A stretch of 64,000 bases of DNA from an uncultured Actinomycetota bacterium (GCA_963838825.1 CAWISQ010000003.1:114440-178439); one strand, 5' to 3'; positions 9,561-20,931 are shown, numbered from the stretch's first letter. The notes: generated by a model not told the origin, from the letters alone. Numbers and translations are program-made.

Positions 9561-10671
9561 ATGCTCGACGTGACGAGGCTCCGCGTCCTCGTCGCCGTGG
9601 CCAGGCACGGCTCGGTGACGGCGGCGGCGCACGCGCTGAACTACGCGCAGCCCTCGGTCAGCCATCACCTGGCCCGGCTGGAGGCGGAGACCGGCACCAA
9701 GCTGGTCCAGCGGGCCGGGCGCGGCATCCGGCTGACCGACGCCGGGCGGCTGCTGGCCGAGCGGGCGGTCGAGGTCATCGGCCGCCTCGACGCGGCCGAG
9801 AACGAGCTGGTGGTCTTCGCCGGGCTGCGGGCCGGACGGCTGCGGCTGGCGGCGTTCCCGTCGGCCCTCGGCACCATCGTGCCGACGGCGGCGGCGATCC
9901 TGCACGACCGGCATCCCGGCTTCGACCTGCGGCTGACCGAGGCCGAGCCGCCGGAGGCGCTGCGGATGCTGCGGGCCGGGTACGTGGACGTGGCGCTGAT
10001 CTTCCGGCACGAGGCCGACGACGCCGGCGCCCGCCGGGCCGCGCTGTCCAGCGGCATAGCGACTCCCGGCCGAGGCGGCGCCGCTCGACCTGGCGGGCGG
10101 ACCCCCATGGCGGACGACCCGCCGCCTGCGATCGCCGACCGCGATGACCTCCGCGAGCTGGTGCTGCTGTCCGAGCCGGTGCACCTGATCATGCCGGACA
10201 CGGCGGTCTGCGGCGGCGAGCCGCCGCTGGCGCCCGCGGTGACCGAGCTGTGGCCCGCCGACCTGGCCCGGCTGTCCGATCAGCGCTGGATCGCCGGCTG
10301 CGACCGGTGCCGCGAGCACTTGCTCAGGCAGTGCGCGCAGGCCGGGTTCACGCCCCGGATCGCGTTCACGACCGACGACTTCGTCGCCGCGCAGGCCCTC
10401 GTCACGGCGGGCCTCGGGGTCACCCTGCTGCCCGGCCTGGCGCTGCGCGCGGCCCGCAACCCGGGCGTGCGCACCGCCCGGCTGCGCGGCACCAGCCGGT
10501 CGGTGGTCGCGGTCCGCTACGGCGAGGCGCCGGACCCGCCCGCCACCGCGCTGCTGCTCGACGCGCTCTGCGCCGCCGCCGGCGCCCCGGGCCGGTCGGA
10601 GTCGGTGTCCCGCCCCGACCCGGCCTCGGTCGCGGCGCCGCCCGAGCCGGTCCCCGCGTCGGTCTGCGTAG
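9561..10671 (+). CDS. LysR family regulator (3' end uncertain)
   Basis: MLDVTRLRVL, YAQPSVSHHLARLE, LVTAGLGVTLLP; TATAGT 7 nt before ATG; nearest plausible stop TAG 10669-10671 is 1 nt out of frame. Confidence 0.85.
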
Positions 10672-10689
10672 CCGTCCGGACGGCCCGCC

Positions 10690-12015
10690 TGCTCGACCGA
10701 GCTGGCGACCGCGACCGCGGCGACTGCCGCGGGCTCGCCGCTCCCGCTCCCGCCGCCGCCGCGGCCGGACAGCCGGCGGCCCAGCCGCTGCATCGGCCGC
10801 TCGACGAGGTAGTAGGTCACCGCGGCGAGCCCGATGATCACCGCCACGCAGCCGGCGAACATCAGCCACTGGACCGGCAGCGTGTGCGGACGGTGCAGGG
10901 CCGGGACATCGCGGTAGGCGTCGAACACGAGCGGGTGAAGCAGGTAGACCGAGAAGCTGATCATGCCCAGCCAGGCGCACCAGCGGGGCACCCGGCGGTG
11001 GCTCGCGGCCAGGCCGAGCCCGAACGTGGCCCCGGCCAGCAGCACCGAGGTCGCCCACTGGATCAGCCACTGATGGCTCAGGTGCCGCTGCTGGCCGTGC
11101 CAGAGGCCCGCGAACGTGGTCAGCGCGAGCACCCCGACGACGATCGCGGCGGTCATCGCCCGGCTGGTGCCCGGCTGCCGCTGCTGGGTGCGGTAGATCA
11201 GCGTGCCGGTGAACATCAGGGCCAGGATCACGCACCCCTCCCACGGCGACGGCGATCCCTGGTTGACCATGACCAGGACGAGCGCGGTGAGCGCCGGCCA
11301 CGGCCGCCCCGGCCCGGGCCGCCCGGGACCGCGACGAGACCGCGAGCAGGATGCCCGCCAGGACCAGCGCGTCGGCGGCGGCGTTGAGGGCCAGCCCGCC
11401 GTGGGCGGAGTGGCCCGCCCAGTCGGTCAGCGCCGCCATCGGCAGCACGCCGCCGAGGGCGACCGCGCCGACCGCGAAGATCGCCGCGTAGCTGCCGCTG
11501 CGCCGGTGCACCCCCCAGCTGAACAGCGCCACCAGCAGCAGGTAGAAGACCATCTCGTAGGACAGGGTCCAGGTCACGTTGGGCACGTTGGGGCCGGTGA
11601 GCAGGTTCGGCAGCATCAGCAGCCAGGCGAACACGGACTGGGCGGGATGGAGCTCGGCCCCCCTGATCGTGCCGTACCCGGTCTGGTAGGCGACGACGGC
11701 GATGACCAGGGCCACCAGGTACATCGGGTACAGCCGGAACAGCCGGCTGGTCCAGAATCCGCGCACGGATCCCTTGCGCTCCAGCGAGGCCGGGATGATG
11801 TACCCGCTGATCAGGAAGAACACGAAGACGCCGTACTGGCCGAGGTCAAGCCAGCGGTACAGGAAGTCCCTGACCGGCTCGAGCATCAGCGTGGACCCGT
11901 GGTCGAACACCACGCACAGCGCGGCGAATCCGCGCAGCGCGTCCAGCCACGCCAGCCGGCTGTGCTTGGGAGCTGCTGCGCTCGCCGCTTTGGGATTCGC
12001 CAACGTCTGTGACAT
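10690..12015 (-). CDS. Acyltransferase-3 (OafA/YrhL-like) membrane protein; frameshift near 11300, 3' end uncertain
   Basis: LDALRGFAA, VFFLISGY, RLFRLYP, WTLSYEMVFY; then in another frame LGMISFSVYLLH and YYLVERP. Confidence 0.82.
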
Positions 12016-12112
12016 CTCGCCCGACGTTACCGCACCGGGCACGGCCGGGTGGCAGGCACCGAGCGCGGCCGGACGGTGGCAGGCGCCGGGCGCGACCGGT
12101 AGGTTACCTGCT

Positions 12113-12616
12113 ATGCCGACAGAGCCGCTGGCTGACGGTGCCCCGCAAACCAGCCTCCCTCGCTGGCTCACCGATGAAGAACAGCGCGCCTGGCGCGCCT
12201 ACATCCAGCTTGCCCAGCTCTTGATGCGGCAGCTGGACCGGGACCTGCATCCCTTCGGGCTGTCCATGCACGACTACGAGATCCTGGTCGAGCTGTCCGA
12301 GGCGGCGCATACCCGGCTGCGGATGACCGAGCTGGCCGACCGCACCGCGCAGTCCCGCAGCAGGCTCTCCCATCAGGTCAGCCGGATGGAGTCCAGGGGC
12401 CTGGTCGTCCGCGAGGGGTGCGAGGGGGACAAGCGCGGCACGTTCGCCGTGCTCACCGAGCGCGGCGCGGAAATCATCGGCCAGGTCGCGCCGCACCACG
12501 TCGACAGCGTCCGGCGGCACTTCATCGACCAGCTCGCCGCCGACGGCCTCGGCGCCCTGACCGAGGCGTGCGAGCCGGTCCTCGACCGGCTGCGCAAAAC
12601 ACGCGAACGGGACTAG
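12113..12616 (+). CDS. MarR family regulator
   Basis: WLTDEEQRAWR, DYEILVELSE, SRSRLSHQVSRME, DKRG; TAGGTT 7 nt before ATG. Confidence 0.9.
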   Translation: MPTEPLADGAPQTSLPRWLTDEEQRAWRAYIQLAQLLMRQLDRDLHPFGLSMHDYEILVELSEAAHTRLRMTELADRTAQSRSRLSHQVSRMESRGLVVREGCEGDKRGTFAVLTERGAEIIGQVAPHHVDSVRRHFIDQLAADGLGALTEACEPVLDRLRKTRERD

Positions 12617-12640
12617 AGAAAGCTCTCGAGGGCGAGCGAA

Positions 12641-13495
12641 TCAGAACAGGACGGACATGAACTCGCCGACCTCGTGGAAGCCGGCCCGCTTGTAGGTGGC
12701 GCGGCCGGGGGCGTTGAAGTCGTTTACATAGAGCGAGACGATCGGGGAGATCGTCTCGCGGGACTGGCTGACCACGGCGGCCATGCCGGGGGCGGCGATG
12801 CCCCGCCCCCGGTACTCGGGCCTGACCCAGACGCCCTGAACCTGGCAGGCGCTCGGAGTGGCCGCGCCGACCTCGGCCTTGAAGATGACCCGGCCGTCCT
12901 CGATCCGGGCGAACGCGCGGCCGGCCCGGACCAGCTCGCTGACCCGCGCCCGGTAGGACGCCCCGCCGTCGCCCGCCAGCGGGGAGACGCCCACCTCCTC
13001 GGTGAACATCGCGATCGAGGCCGGCAGCAGGATATCGACCTCATCGGCCCGGACCCGCCTGACCGCCGGGTCGGCCGCCACCAACGGCGGGCCGGTGATG
13101 GCCATCAGCGGCTGCGCGGCCCGCACGTCCCTGGCCGGCCCCCAGTACGGGCGCAGGAGCCCCCACAGCTCGCTCACCGCCGCCGACGGGCCGACCAGCG
13201 AGGAGCAGCGCCGCCCCTGACGCAGCGCCCGGTCCGCGAACGAGGCGACCGCGGCCGGGGTCGCCTGCACCGGCACCAGGTTCGCGCCCGAATAGCACAG
13301 CGACACCAGCCGGCCGCCCTGCTCGAAACCCCAGAGCTGGGCGCCGAGCCGCCCCGGATCGGCGCCGAAGATCCTGATCCTGGATTCGACGAACACGTTC
13401 GCGACCGGATCGGCCCCGCACACCTCAAGGGCCGCGGTCCGGTCGCGATCATCCAGCAGCCTGGCCTGCTCCGAGCGCTGCCTAACGCGCAACAT
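12641..13495 (-). CDS. GNAT acetyltransferase with DUF4081
   Basis: GANLVPV, MFTEEVGVSP, QVQGVWVRPEYRGRG, SLYVNDFN; family usually found near ispG. Confidence 0.88.
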   Translation of the reverse strand: MLRVRQRSEQARLLDDRDRTAALEVCGADPVANVFVESRIRIFGADPGRLGAQLWGFEQGGRLVSLCYSGANLVPVQATPAAVASFADRALRQGRRCSSLVGPSAAVSELWGLLRPYWGPARDVRAAQPLMAITGPPLVAADPAVRRVRADEVDILLPASIAMFTEEVGVSPLAGDGGASYRARVSELVRAGRAFARIEDGRVIFKAEVGAATPSACQVQGVWVRPEYRGRGIAAPGMAAVVSQSRETISPIVSLYVNDFNAPGRATYKRAGFHEVGEFMSVLF

Positions 13496-13523
13496 GTTTC
13501 CAGCCTAGCCGCTTCTATCCGGC

Positions 13524-15146
13524 CTACCCACCCGGAGTCGGATCAGCGGTGGCCGGACAGGTCGCGTTGACCAGACCCGGCCGCTCCGGGACGGCGCCGG
13601 CGGCGAGGTAGGCGTTCAGGTAGTTCTGCACGCACTGGTTCGGCGGGGTCTCGAGCGACTGCCCGTGGTTGCCGCCGCCCTCCACCACCACCATGCGGGC
13701 GCTCGGCAGCAGGCGGTGCGCGGCCTGCGCGCCCGCGTAGGGGGTCGCCGGGTCCAGCGTGCCCTGCAGCATCAGCACCGGCGGCAGCCCGGCGCCGTCC
13801 ACCGTGAACGGCTTGGCCGGCCCCTTGACCGGCCAGAAGGCGCAGGCCGCGTTGAACCAGAGGTTGTCCCAGGTCTCAAACGGCGCAGCCTGGTACACCC
13901 GTTCGGCGTCGGCCTGCCACTTCGACCAGTTCCTTGGCCAGTTCACGTCGGCGCACTCGACCGCGTTGTACACCGCGAACGTGTTCTCGCTGGTGGTGCC
14001 CCACGTCGTGTACTGGGTGAGCAGCAGGCTGCCGTCGCCGCTGCCCGCGTACTGGGAGAGCGCCTGCGCGAAGGCGGGCCACACGGAGTCCAGGTAGCCG
14101 GTGATGACGAACGTGTCGTCGAGCTCGTCGGGGCCGAGCAGCGGGCCGTTCGACCCGGCGATGGGGCTCTTGCCGAGCTTGCCCCGCACCTTGTCGTAGG
14201 CCGCCTCGACCTCGGCCCGGGTGGACCCCAGGTGATAGGCCGAGTCGTATTTCGCCGTCCAGGCGAAGAACGCGTCCAGCCGCCCCTGGAAGGCGTAATC
14301 CTGGTCGATGTTGTCGGGGTACCAGACGCCGGTCGGGTCCACCGTGGAGTCGAGCACCATCCGGCGCACCCGGTCGGGGAACAGCGTCCCGTAGACCTGG
14401 CCGAGATAGGTGCCGTAGGAGACCCCGTAATAGCTGATCTTCGCCACCCCGAACGCCTGGCGGATCTGGTCCATGTCGCGGGCCATGTCGACCGTGGTCA
14501 GGTAGGGCAGCATCCAGCCGAAGCGCTGCTCGCACCCGGCCGCGTAGGCCCTGGCCCGGCCGATCAGCACCTGCTCGGCGGCCGCGCTGGCGGGGATGTA
14601 GTCGGGCCGCACCTCGTCGAAGAAACTCGGGTCGCAGCTGAGCGCGGGCACCGACCCGCCGACCCCGCGCGGGTCGAAGCCGACGATGTCGTAGCTGGCC
14701 GTCACCTGCGGGCTCAGCCCGGACGCGACCGCGGACGCGAGCGACCGGCCGGGCTCCCCCGGTCCCCCCGGGTTGACCAGCAGCACGCCCTGCTGCCGGG
14801 CGGCCGGCGCGGTGGCCGGCATCATGGACAGCGCCAGCGTGATCTTCCTGCCGCCGGGGTCGGCGTAGTTCAGCGGCACCGCCAGCGTCGCGCACTCCAG
14901 GCCGGTCAGCTGCCCGCTGCACTGGCTCCAGTGCAGCGCCGACGCCGTGGGCACCACCGCTGTCGCCCCGGCGCCGTCGCCGCCGGCCGCGATCGACCCG
15001 GCCGGCGACCCGGCCGGCGAGCCGGCCGGGCCGGACGTCGGACCGGGCGTGCAGGCGCTCAGGCCCGCCCCAACCGCCAGCGCGACCGCCGCGAGCGTAA
15101 GGCAGCGGCGGAGCGATTGGCGCCTCGGCGAAGGGGAAAACGGCAT
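13524..15146 (-). CDS. Secreted/lipoprotein TAP-like alpha/beta hydrolase (peptidase S33)
   Basis: Lipobox LSAC, NPGGPG, FDPRGVG, nucleophile GVSYG, DPATPY, GGNHG. Confidence 0.9.
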   Translation of the reverse strand: MPFSPSPRRQSLRRCLTLAAVALAVGAGLSACTPGPTSGPAGSPAGSPAGSIAAGGDGAGATAVVPTASALHWSQCSGQLTGLECATLAVPLNYADPGGRKITLALSMMPATAPAARQQGVLLVNPGGPGEPGRSLASAVASGLSPQVTASYDIVGFDPRGVGGSVPALSCDPSFFDEVRPDYIPASAAAEQVLIGRARAYAAGCEQRFGWMLPYLTTVDMARDMDQIRQAFGVAKISYYGVSYGTYLGQVYGTLFPDRVRRMVLDSTVDPTGVWYPDNIDQDYAFQGRLDAFFAWTAKYDSAYHLGSTRAEVEAAYDKVRGKLGKSPIAGSNGPLLGPDELDDTFVITGYLDSVWPAFAQALSQYAGSGDGSLLLTQYTTWGTTSENTFAVYNAVECADVNWPRNWSKWQADAERVYQAAPFETWDNLWFNAACAFWPVKGPAKPFTVDGAGLPPVLMLQGTLDPATPYAGAQAAHRLLPSARMVVVEGGGNHGQSLETPPNQCVQNYLNAYLAAGAVPERPGLVNATCPATADPTPGG

Positions 15147-15395
15147 GCCTTCCATCCTGCCGCATCGGCCGACAGCCTCCGACACGGATCGCCATCGATT
15201 CGATACGCAGACGACATAACTTCGACAGCTATCGCTACATGTCCGTTTTTTGTGTAACCGGATTCGGCACAAGGCGCACATCACCGAATTTTTTCTCGCG
15301 TTGAGAGTAAATTTCAGACACTCTTGGTCGTAACCCAACAAGCCTCTCAAGCCGTCATACTTTATAGTGTTCGGACACTATTGAGGGGGTAGTGA

Positions 15396-16163
15396 ATGCT
15401 GGCTAGACATCGGCAGTCACTCATTCTGCAAGCCGTCAGAAACGACGGCAGCGCGCGGGTGAGTGACCTAACGCAGCAACTCGGCGTCTCCGACATGACG
15501 ATCCGCCGGGATCTTGAAGTGCTCGCCAAGGACGGACTGGTGGAAAAGGTCCACGGCGGCGCGGTGCTGCCGGGCTCTCATGGTGGCCATGAGCCCGGCT
15601 TCGAGGACAAGCTCGTACTCGAACGGCCGGAGAAGACCTCGATCGCCCGCGCGGCGGCCAACCTGGTCCGGCCCGGCACCGCGATCGCGATCGCGGCCGG
15701 AACGACAACCTTCGCGCTCGCCCAGTGCCTGCTCGACGTTCCCGGCCTGACGGTCGTCACCAACTCGCTACGGGTCGCGAACCTGTTCAGCGGGAATCAC
15801 AGCCCGGACGTGGCGTCGGTGGTCCTCACCGGCGGCATGCGCACGGCGTCGGACGCGCTCGTCGGGCCGGTGGCGGACCTGACGATCGCGTCGCTGCACT
15901 TCGACACGCTCTTCCTCGGCTGCACCGGCCTCGACCCCGAGGTCGGCCTCTCCACTCCCAACCTGGCAGAGGCCGAAACCAACCGTGCGCTGATCAAGGT
16001 CGCAAGGCGCGTCGTCGTGCTGGCCGATCACACCAAGTGGGGGGTGGTCAGCCTGGCCTCGTTCGCGCCAGTTGAGAAGATCGGCGTGCTCGTCACCGAC
16101 GTCCTGCTCCCGGCCGACGCGCACGCGTCACTGGCCGGGAGGGTCGGTGAGATCGTCGTCTAG
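15396..16163 (+). CDS. DeoR/GlpR family regulator
   Basis: [33 protein letters not shown]. Confidence 0.92.
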   Translation: MLARHRQSLILQAVRNDGSARVSDLTQQLGVSDMTIRRDLEVLAKDGLVEKVHGGAVLPGSHGGHEPGFEDKLVLERPEKTSIARAAANLVRPGTAIAIAAGTTTFALAQCLLDVPGLTVVTNSLRVANLFSGNHSPDVASVVLTGGMRTASDALVGPVADLTIASLHFDTLFLGCTGLDPEVGLSTPNLAEAETNRALIKVARRVVVLADHTKWGVVSLASFAPVEKIGVLVTDVLLPADAHASLAGRVGEIVV

Positions 16164-17324
16164 TACGTCGTGACGATCGGCTGGCCGGGCACGGCCTCCT
16201 GCGCGCCGCTCTCGGCGGCCTGCTCGGCCAGCCGCATCGCCTCTTCGATCAGGGTCTCCACGATCTTCGACTCGGGCACGGTCGCGATGACCTTGCCCTT
16301 GACGAAGATCTGGCCCTTGCCGTTCCCCGAGGCCACGCCGAGGTCCGCCTCGCGCGCCTCGCCCGGGCCGTTCACCACGCAGCCCATCACCGCGACCCGG
16401 AGCGGGACCTCCATCCCGGTCAGCCCCGCGGTCACCTCTTCTGCCAGCTTGTAGACGTCCACCTGGGCGCGACCGCAGGACGGGCAGGAGACGATCTCGA
16501 GGCCGCGCTCGCGCATGCCCATCGACTCGAGGATGCCGATACCGACCTTGACCTCCTCGACCGGCGGCGCGGACAGCGACACCCGGATCGTGTCGCCGAT
16601 GCCCTGCGAAAGCAGCGCCCCGAACGCGGTGGCCGACTTGATCGTGCCCTGGAAGGCCGGGCCGGCCTCGGTCACGCCCAGGTGCAGCGGGTAGTCGCAC
16701 TGCGCGGCGAGCAGCCGGTAGGCCTGGATCATTACCACCGGGTTGTGGTGCTTGACCGAGATCTTGATGTCGCGGAAGCCGTGCTCCTCGAACAGCGAGC
16801 ACTCCCACAGCGCGGACTCGACCAGCGCCTCGGGGGTGGCCTTGCCGTACTTGGCCAGCAGGCGCTTGTCGAGCGAGCCGGCGTTCACGCCGATCCTGAT
16901 CGGGGTGCCGGTCTCGGACGCGGCCCGGGCGATCTCCTTGACCTTGTCGTCGAACTCCTTGATGTTGCCCGGGTTCACCCGGACGGCGGCGCAGCCGGCG
17001 TTGATCGCCGCGAACACGTACTTCGGCTGGAAGTGAATGTCGGCGATGACCGGGATCTGCGACTTCTTCGCGATCATCGGCAGCGCGTCCGCGTCGTCCT
17101 GGGACGGCACCGCGACCCGGACGATCTGGCAGCCGGACGCGGTCAGCTCGGCGATCTGCTGCAGGGTGGCGTTCACGTTCGCGGTCAGCGTGGTCGCCAT
17201 CGACTGCACGCTCACCGGCGCGCCGCCGCCGACGGGCACGTTCCCCACCATCAGCTGACGCGACTGTCTGCCGCTCGGCGAGCTGCGGCGCAGGACTGGC
17301 TGGCATCCCAAGGTCAATGCTCAT
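16160..17324 (-). CDS. ispG: HMBPP synthase IspG (one extra base near 17271)
   Basis: [45 protein letters not shown]; N-terminus MSIDLGMP is in the adjacent frame. Confidence 0.95.
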
Positions 17325-17363
17325 TTAGATTCCCATCCCGTCAATGCGTCGGGTGATCGGCAC

Positions 17364-17403
17364 AGTCCTCGGGGGGTACGGGGGGTCGTCCCCCCGGAGG
17401 ACT
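17364..17403 (+). repeat. G6/C6 palindromic REP-like element, copy A
   Basis: AGTCCTC-GGGGGG-TAC-GGGGGG-TCGT-CCCCCC-G-GAGGACT; 17367-17397 is identical to the reverse complement of 53496-53526. Confidence 0.8.
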
Positions 17404-17476
17404 ACAGCTATTCTCGCCTAGTCTCTGGGCCATCGCTCGCACACCCTGACTCATCCGTCAGGGTGGTTACCCGTCG

Positions 17477-18682
17477 TTAACCAATGCTCACTGGGTTGAA
17501 AATGTCCGCGGAAATGAGCAGCGCCCCGAACAGGACCAGGACGACGAAGACAGCGAAGCTCACCGGGATCAGCTTACGGTAGTCGACCAGCCCGGGGTCG
17601 GGCCGGTGCAGCCGCCGGGCGAACCACGACCGCACCATCTCCCAGAGCACCACCGCCACGTGGCCGCCGTCCATCGGCAGCAGCGGCAGCAGGTTGAAGA
17701 TCCCGACGAAGATGTTGAGCGACGCGATGAGCAGCAGGATGAAGGAGACCTTCTGCTTCCAGCCCACGTCGGCGGCGACGGCCTGGCCGGTGTCCCTGGC
17801 CGCGCCGTACACGCTCGACACATTGCCCGCGTCGGACGACGCCCGCTTCTCCTTGTTGAACAGGTCGGGCAGGGCGGCCGGCAGCTCCGCCAGCGAGGAG
17901 ACCGAGCCGGTGAACACCTCGGAGAACCCGGTCCCCACGTAGCTGATCGCGCCGATCGGGCCCACCGACTGGAACACGGTGTTCTCGGCCGCGTCGAACC
18001 CCAGGTCGGAGCCGTACCCGGGCACGTCGGCCAGCCGGGTGCGCAGCACCAGCGACCGGCCGTCCCGGTCGACGGTGAGCGAGACCGGCGTCCCCGGCTT
18101 GGCGGCCTGGATCGCGCTGTGGAGCTGCGTCCAGCTGGTCATCTTGACCCCGTTGAACGCGGTCACGGTGTCGCCGACCTTCAGCCCGGCCAGCACCGCG
18201 GCCGACTTCGGGGCGTCCTTAGGACAGGCGGCCCCGTTCAGCAGGGCCGCCTTCGACGGCTGCACGCACGGCGTCACCGCGGCCACCTGGTTGGTGACGA
18301 CCTGGTTCTCGATCCCGATGCCGAGCGCGAGCCCGAAGATGATGACGGCCGCCAGGACGAAGTGCATGAAGGAGCCGGCCCCGAGCACGATCAGCCGCTG
18401 CCAGCCGGGCGCGCGGCGGAAGGAGCGCGGCTCGTCTTCCTGGTCCACCTCGTCGATCGAGGTCATCCCGGTGATCTTGACGAAGCCGCCGAGCGGCAGC
18501 GCCTTGACGCCGTACTCGGTCTCGCCGCGCTGGGTGGACCAGATCGTCGGCCCGAAGCCGATGAAGTACTGGGTGCACTTCATCCCGAACCGCTTGGCCG
18601 CCACGAAGTGCCCGGTCTCGTGCAGCATGACGGAGATCATCAGGGCGGCGAGGAAAATCAGCCAGCCGACGACGTCCAACAA
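17477..18682 (-). CDS. M50 site-2 metalloprotease with PDZ (RseP/Rip1-like)
   Basis: HETGH zinc motif, LPLGGFVKI, PDZ region, NLLPLLPMDGG; lies between dxr and ispG. Confidence 0.92.
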   Translation of the reverse strand: MLDVVGWLIFLAALMISVMLHETGHFVAAKRFGMKCTQYFIGFGPTIWSTQRGETEYGVKALPLGGFVKITGMTSIDEVDQEDEPRSFRRAPGWQRLIVLGAGSFMHFVLAAVIIFGLALGIGIENQVVTNQVAAVTPCVQPSKAALLNGAACPKDAPKSAAVLAGLKVGDTVTAFNGVKMTSWTQLHSAIQAAKPGTPVSLTVDRDGRSLVLRTRLADVPGYGSDLGFDAAENTVFQSVGPIGAISYVGTGFSEVFTGSVSSLAELPAALPDLFNKEKRASSDAGNVSSVYGAARDTGQAVAADVGWKQKVSFILLLIASLNIFVGIFNLLPLLPMDGGHVAVVLWEMVRSWFARRLHRPDPGLVDYRKLIPVSFAVFVVLVLFGALLISADIFNPVSIG

Positions 18683-18695
18683 CGTGCGTTCCTCC

Positions 18696-19925
18696 CTACG
18701 CTGACGCCGACCGGGTTAGCTCCCGCGCCCGGGTGCGCGCCCACGCGTCCACTGCGAGCACGTCATCCACCGTGGTCGTCGCCCAGGCACCCGACGTGTC
18801 GTGCTCAGAGACTACGCGAGCCACCGTGTCAACGATCCTCGGGAACGAAATCCTTCCCGCCAGGAAATCGGCCACGCACGCCTCGTTGGCGCCGTTGTAG
18901 ACGGCGGGGGCGGTCCCGCCGAGCCGGGCGGCCTCCCTGGCCAGCGCGACGGCCGGGAACGCGCGCTCGTCGAGCGGCTCGAACGTCCAGGTGGCGGCCG
19001 TCGTCCAGTCCAGCCCGGGCGCGGCCTCGGCCACCCGGTCGGGCCAGGCCAGGCCGAGCGCGATCGGGATCCGCATGTCGGGCGGGCTCGCCATGATGAT
19101 CGTGGCGCCGTCGGCGAACTCCACCATCGAGTGGACGATGGACTGCGGGTGCACCACCACGTCGATCTTGTCCAGGCCGAAGCCGAACAGCAGGTACGCC
19201 TCGATCACCTCGAGGCCCTTGTTCACCAGCGTGGCCGAGTTGATGGTGACCAGCGGTCCCATGCTCCAGGTGGGGTGGGCCAGCGCCTGCTCGGGGGTGA
19301 CCGACGTCAGCCGCTCGGCCGGCCAGCCGCGGAACGGGCCGCCGCTGGCCGTCAACACCAGCCGCTTGACCTCGGAGTTGGCCCCGGCGCGGAGGCACTG
19401 GGCGAGCGTGGAGTGCTCGGAGTCGACCGGCACGATCTGCCCCGGCTTGGCCCTGCTGGTCACCAGCGGGCCGCCGATGATGAGCGACTCCTTGTTGGCC
19501 AGGGCCAGCGTCCGGCCGGCCTCGAGCGCGGACAGGGTGGCGCGCAGCCCGGCCGCGCCGGTCACCCCGTTGAGCACCACGTCGCACGGGAGCGCGGCCA
19601 GGTGCGACACCGCGTCCGCGCCCGCCAGGAGCTCAGGGCCATGGGCGGATGAGGCGGAGCCCGGGCCCGTTCGATCAAATTCTGCTGTTAGCTCTGCTCT
19701 TACTGACGCCAGGGCGGCGGAGTCAGCCACCGCGACGACGTCCACGCCGAATTCGGCCGCCTGCCGGGCGAGCAGTTCCGGATTTCCGCCGCCGGCCGCG
19801 AGCCCGACCACTCGGAACCGGCCCGGGTTGCGCCGCACGATGTCAAGCGCCTGGGTCCCGATGGAGCCGGTCGAACCGAGAATCACCACGTCACGCGGGG
19901 CGGGGGCTGCTGCCGTCGAATTCAC
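18696..19925 (-). CDS. dxr: 1-deoxy-D-xylulose-5-phosphate reductoisomerase
   Basis: [41 protein letters not shown]; GTG at 19925 chosen as start. Confidence 0.95.
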   Translation of the reverse strand: MNSTAAAPAPRDVVILGSTGSIGTQALDIVRRNPGRFRVVGLAAGGGNPELLARQAAEFGVDVVAVADSAALASVRAELTAEFDRTGPGSASSAHGPELLAGADAVSHLAALPCDVVLNGVTGAAGLRATLSALEAGRTLALANKESLIIGGPLVTSRAKPGQIVPVDSEHSTLAQCLRAGANSEVKRLVLTASGGPFRGWPAERLTSVTPEQALAHPTWSMGPLVTINSATLVNKGLEVIEAYLLFGFGLDKIDVVVHPQSIVHSMVEFADGATIIMASPPDMRIPIALGLAWPDRVAEAAPGLDWTTAATWTFEPLDERAFPAVALAREAARLGGTAPAVYNGANEACVADFLAGRISFPRIVDTVARVVSEHDTSGAWATTTVDDVLAVDAWARTRARELTRSASA

Positions 19926-20013
19926 CCCGCCATTGTTCCACGCACCGCTGGGCGGCGGGAACGCGAATCTTGGGCGTGTCGCGATCGGCCGGCCGATAGC
20001 ATTCCCGATACCG

Positions 20014-20931
20014 ATGAGAATCACACACAGTAGCCGCACCGTCGCGCTGATGGCAGGGGTCGCCCTCGCCGTCGGCGCGCAGGCACTGCTGCCGCAGGTC
20101 GCGACCGCCGCGGCGAGCGCCCGGGCGGCCACCTCGGACGTCGGCCGGCCGCCGGCCCACGCGCGGCTGGCGGCCGTCAGCCGTCCGACGGCCGGCGCAC
20201 GGGTCAGCTGGCTGACCGGCGACACCGCCGGGCGCGGGCTGCGACTGATGCACAGCGGGGCGGTCGCCGCCGCCACCGGCAAGATCTTCTTCACCCTCGG
20301 CGACACCAACTACACGTGCTCGGGCACGCTGGTGCGCAGCGAGCGCGCTTACGTGGTGCTCACCGCCGCGCACTGCGTCACCAACGGGCACGGCCGGTGG
20401 GCCGTCAACTGGACGTTCGTGCCCGCCTACAAGGACGGCGCCGAACCGTACGGCCAGTACACCGCGCGCCGGTTCTTCGTCTCGCCGCGCTGGAAGGGGC
20501 CGGCCGAGAGCGAGCGGTACGACGTCGCCTTCGTCCGGGTCGCCCCGGCTGCGCGCTCCGGTCGCGAGTCCCGGCCCGCCAGGGCGCCCGCCGGGCTGCC
20601 GATCCGCTTCGCCGCCAGCCAGACGGCGCCGCAGCAGGGACCGGCGTACGTGTTCGGGTACCCGGCCCTGGCGCCGTACACCGGGCTGTACCCGAACTAC
20701 TGCGCCGGGCCGGACGTCAGCAGCGTGACCAGGAAGGGAAGCGTGCGGATGGCGTGCGCGATGACCGCGGGCGACAGCGGCGGGCCGTGGCTGACCGGGT
20801 TCAGCCCGCAGACCGGGACCGGCACGATCACCGCCGTCACCGCCTACAAGCTCTCCGGCGACCTGCGGGCGCTCTACGGCACCATGCTCGGCCCGGCCGC
20901 GCGCGCCCTCTTCCTGAGGGCCAGCGGCTGA
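20014..20931 (+). CDS. Secreted trypsin-like serine protease
   Basis: Signal peptide; catalytic triad motifs TAAHC, YDVAF, GDSGGP. Confidence 0.88.
   Translation: MRITHSSRTVALMAGVALAVGAQALLPQVATAAASARAATSDVGRPPAHARLAAVSRPTAGARVSWLTGDTAGRGLRLMHSGAVAAATGKIFFTLGDTNYTCSGTLVRSERAYVVLTAAHCVTNGHGRWAVNWTFVPAYKDGAEPYGQYTARRFFVSPRWKGPAESERYDVAFVRVAPAARSGRESRPARAPAGLPIRFAASQTAPQQGPAYVFGYPALAPYTGLYPNYCAGPDVSSVTRKGSVRMACAMTAGDSGGPWLTGFSPQTGTGTITAVTAYKLSGDLRALYGTMLGPAARALFLRASG

Noticed and set aside
17260-17324. Programmed ribosomal frameshift in ispG
   Set aside because: No slippery heptamer; removing one base restores ERRQSRQLM; similar indels are scattered through unrelated genes.
17467-17479. Second BldD-like box (TTAC-N5-GTTA) upstream of ispG
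   Set aside because: Two mismatches in the central consensus positions and it overlaps a stop codon; too weak without conservation data.
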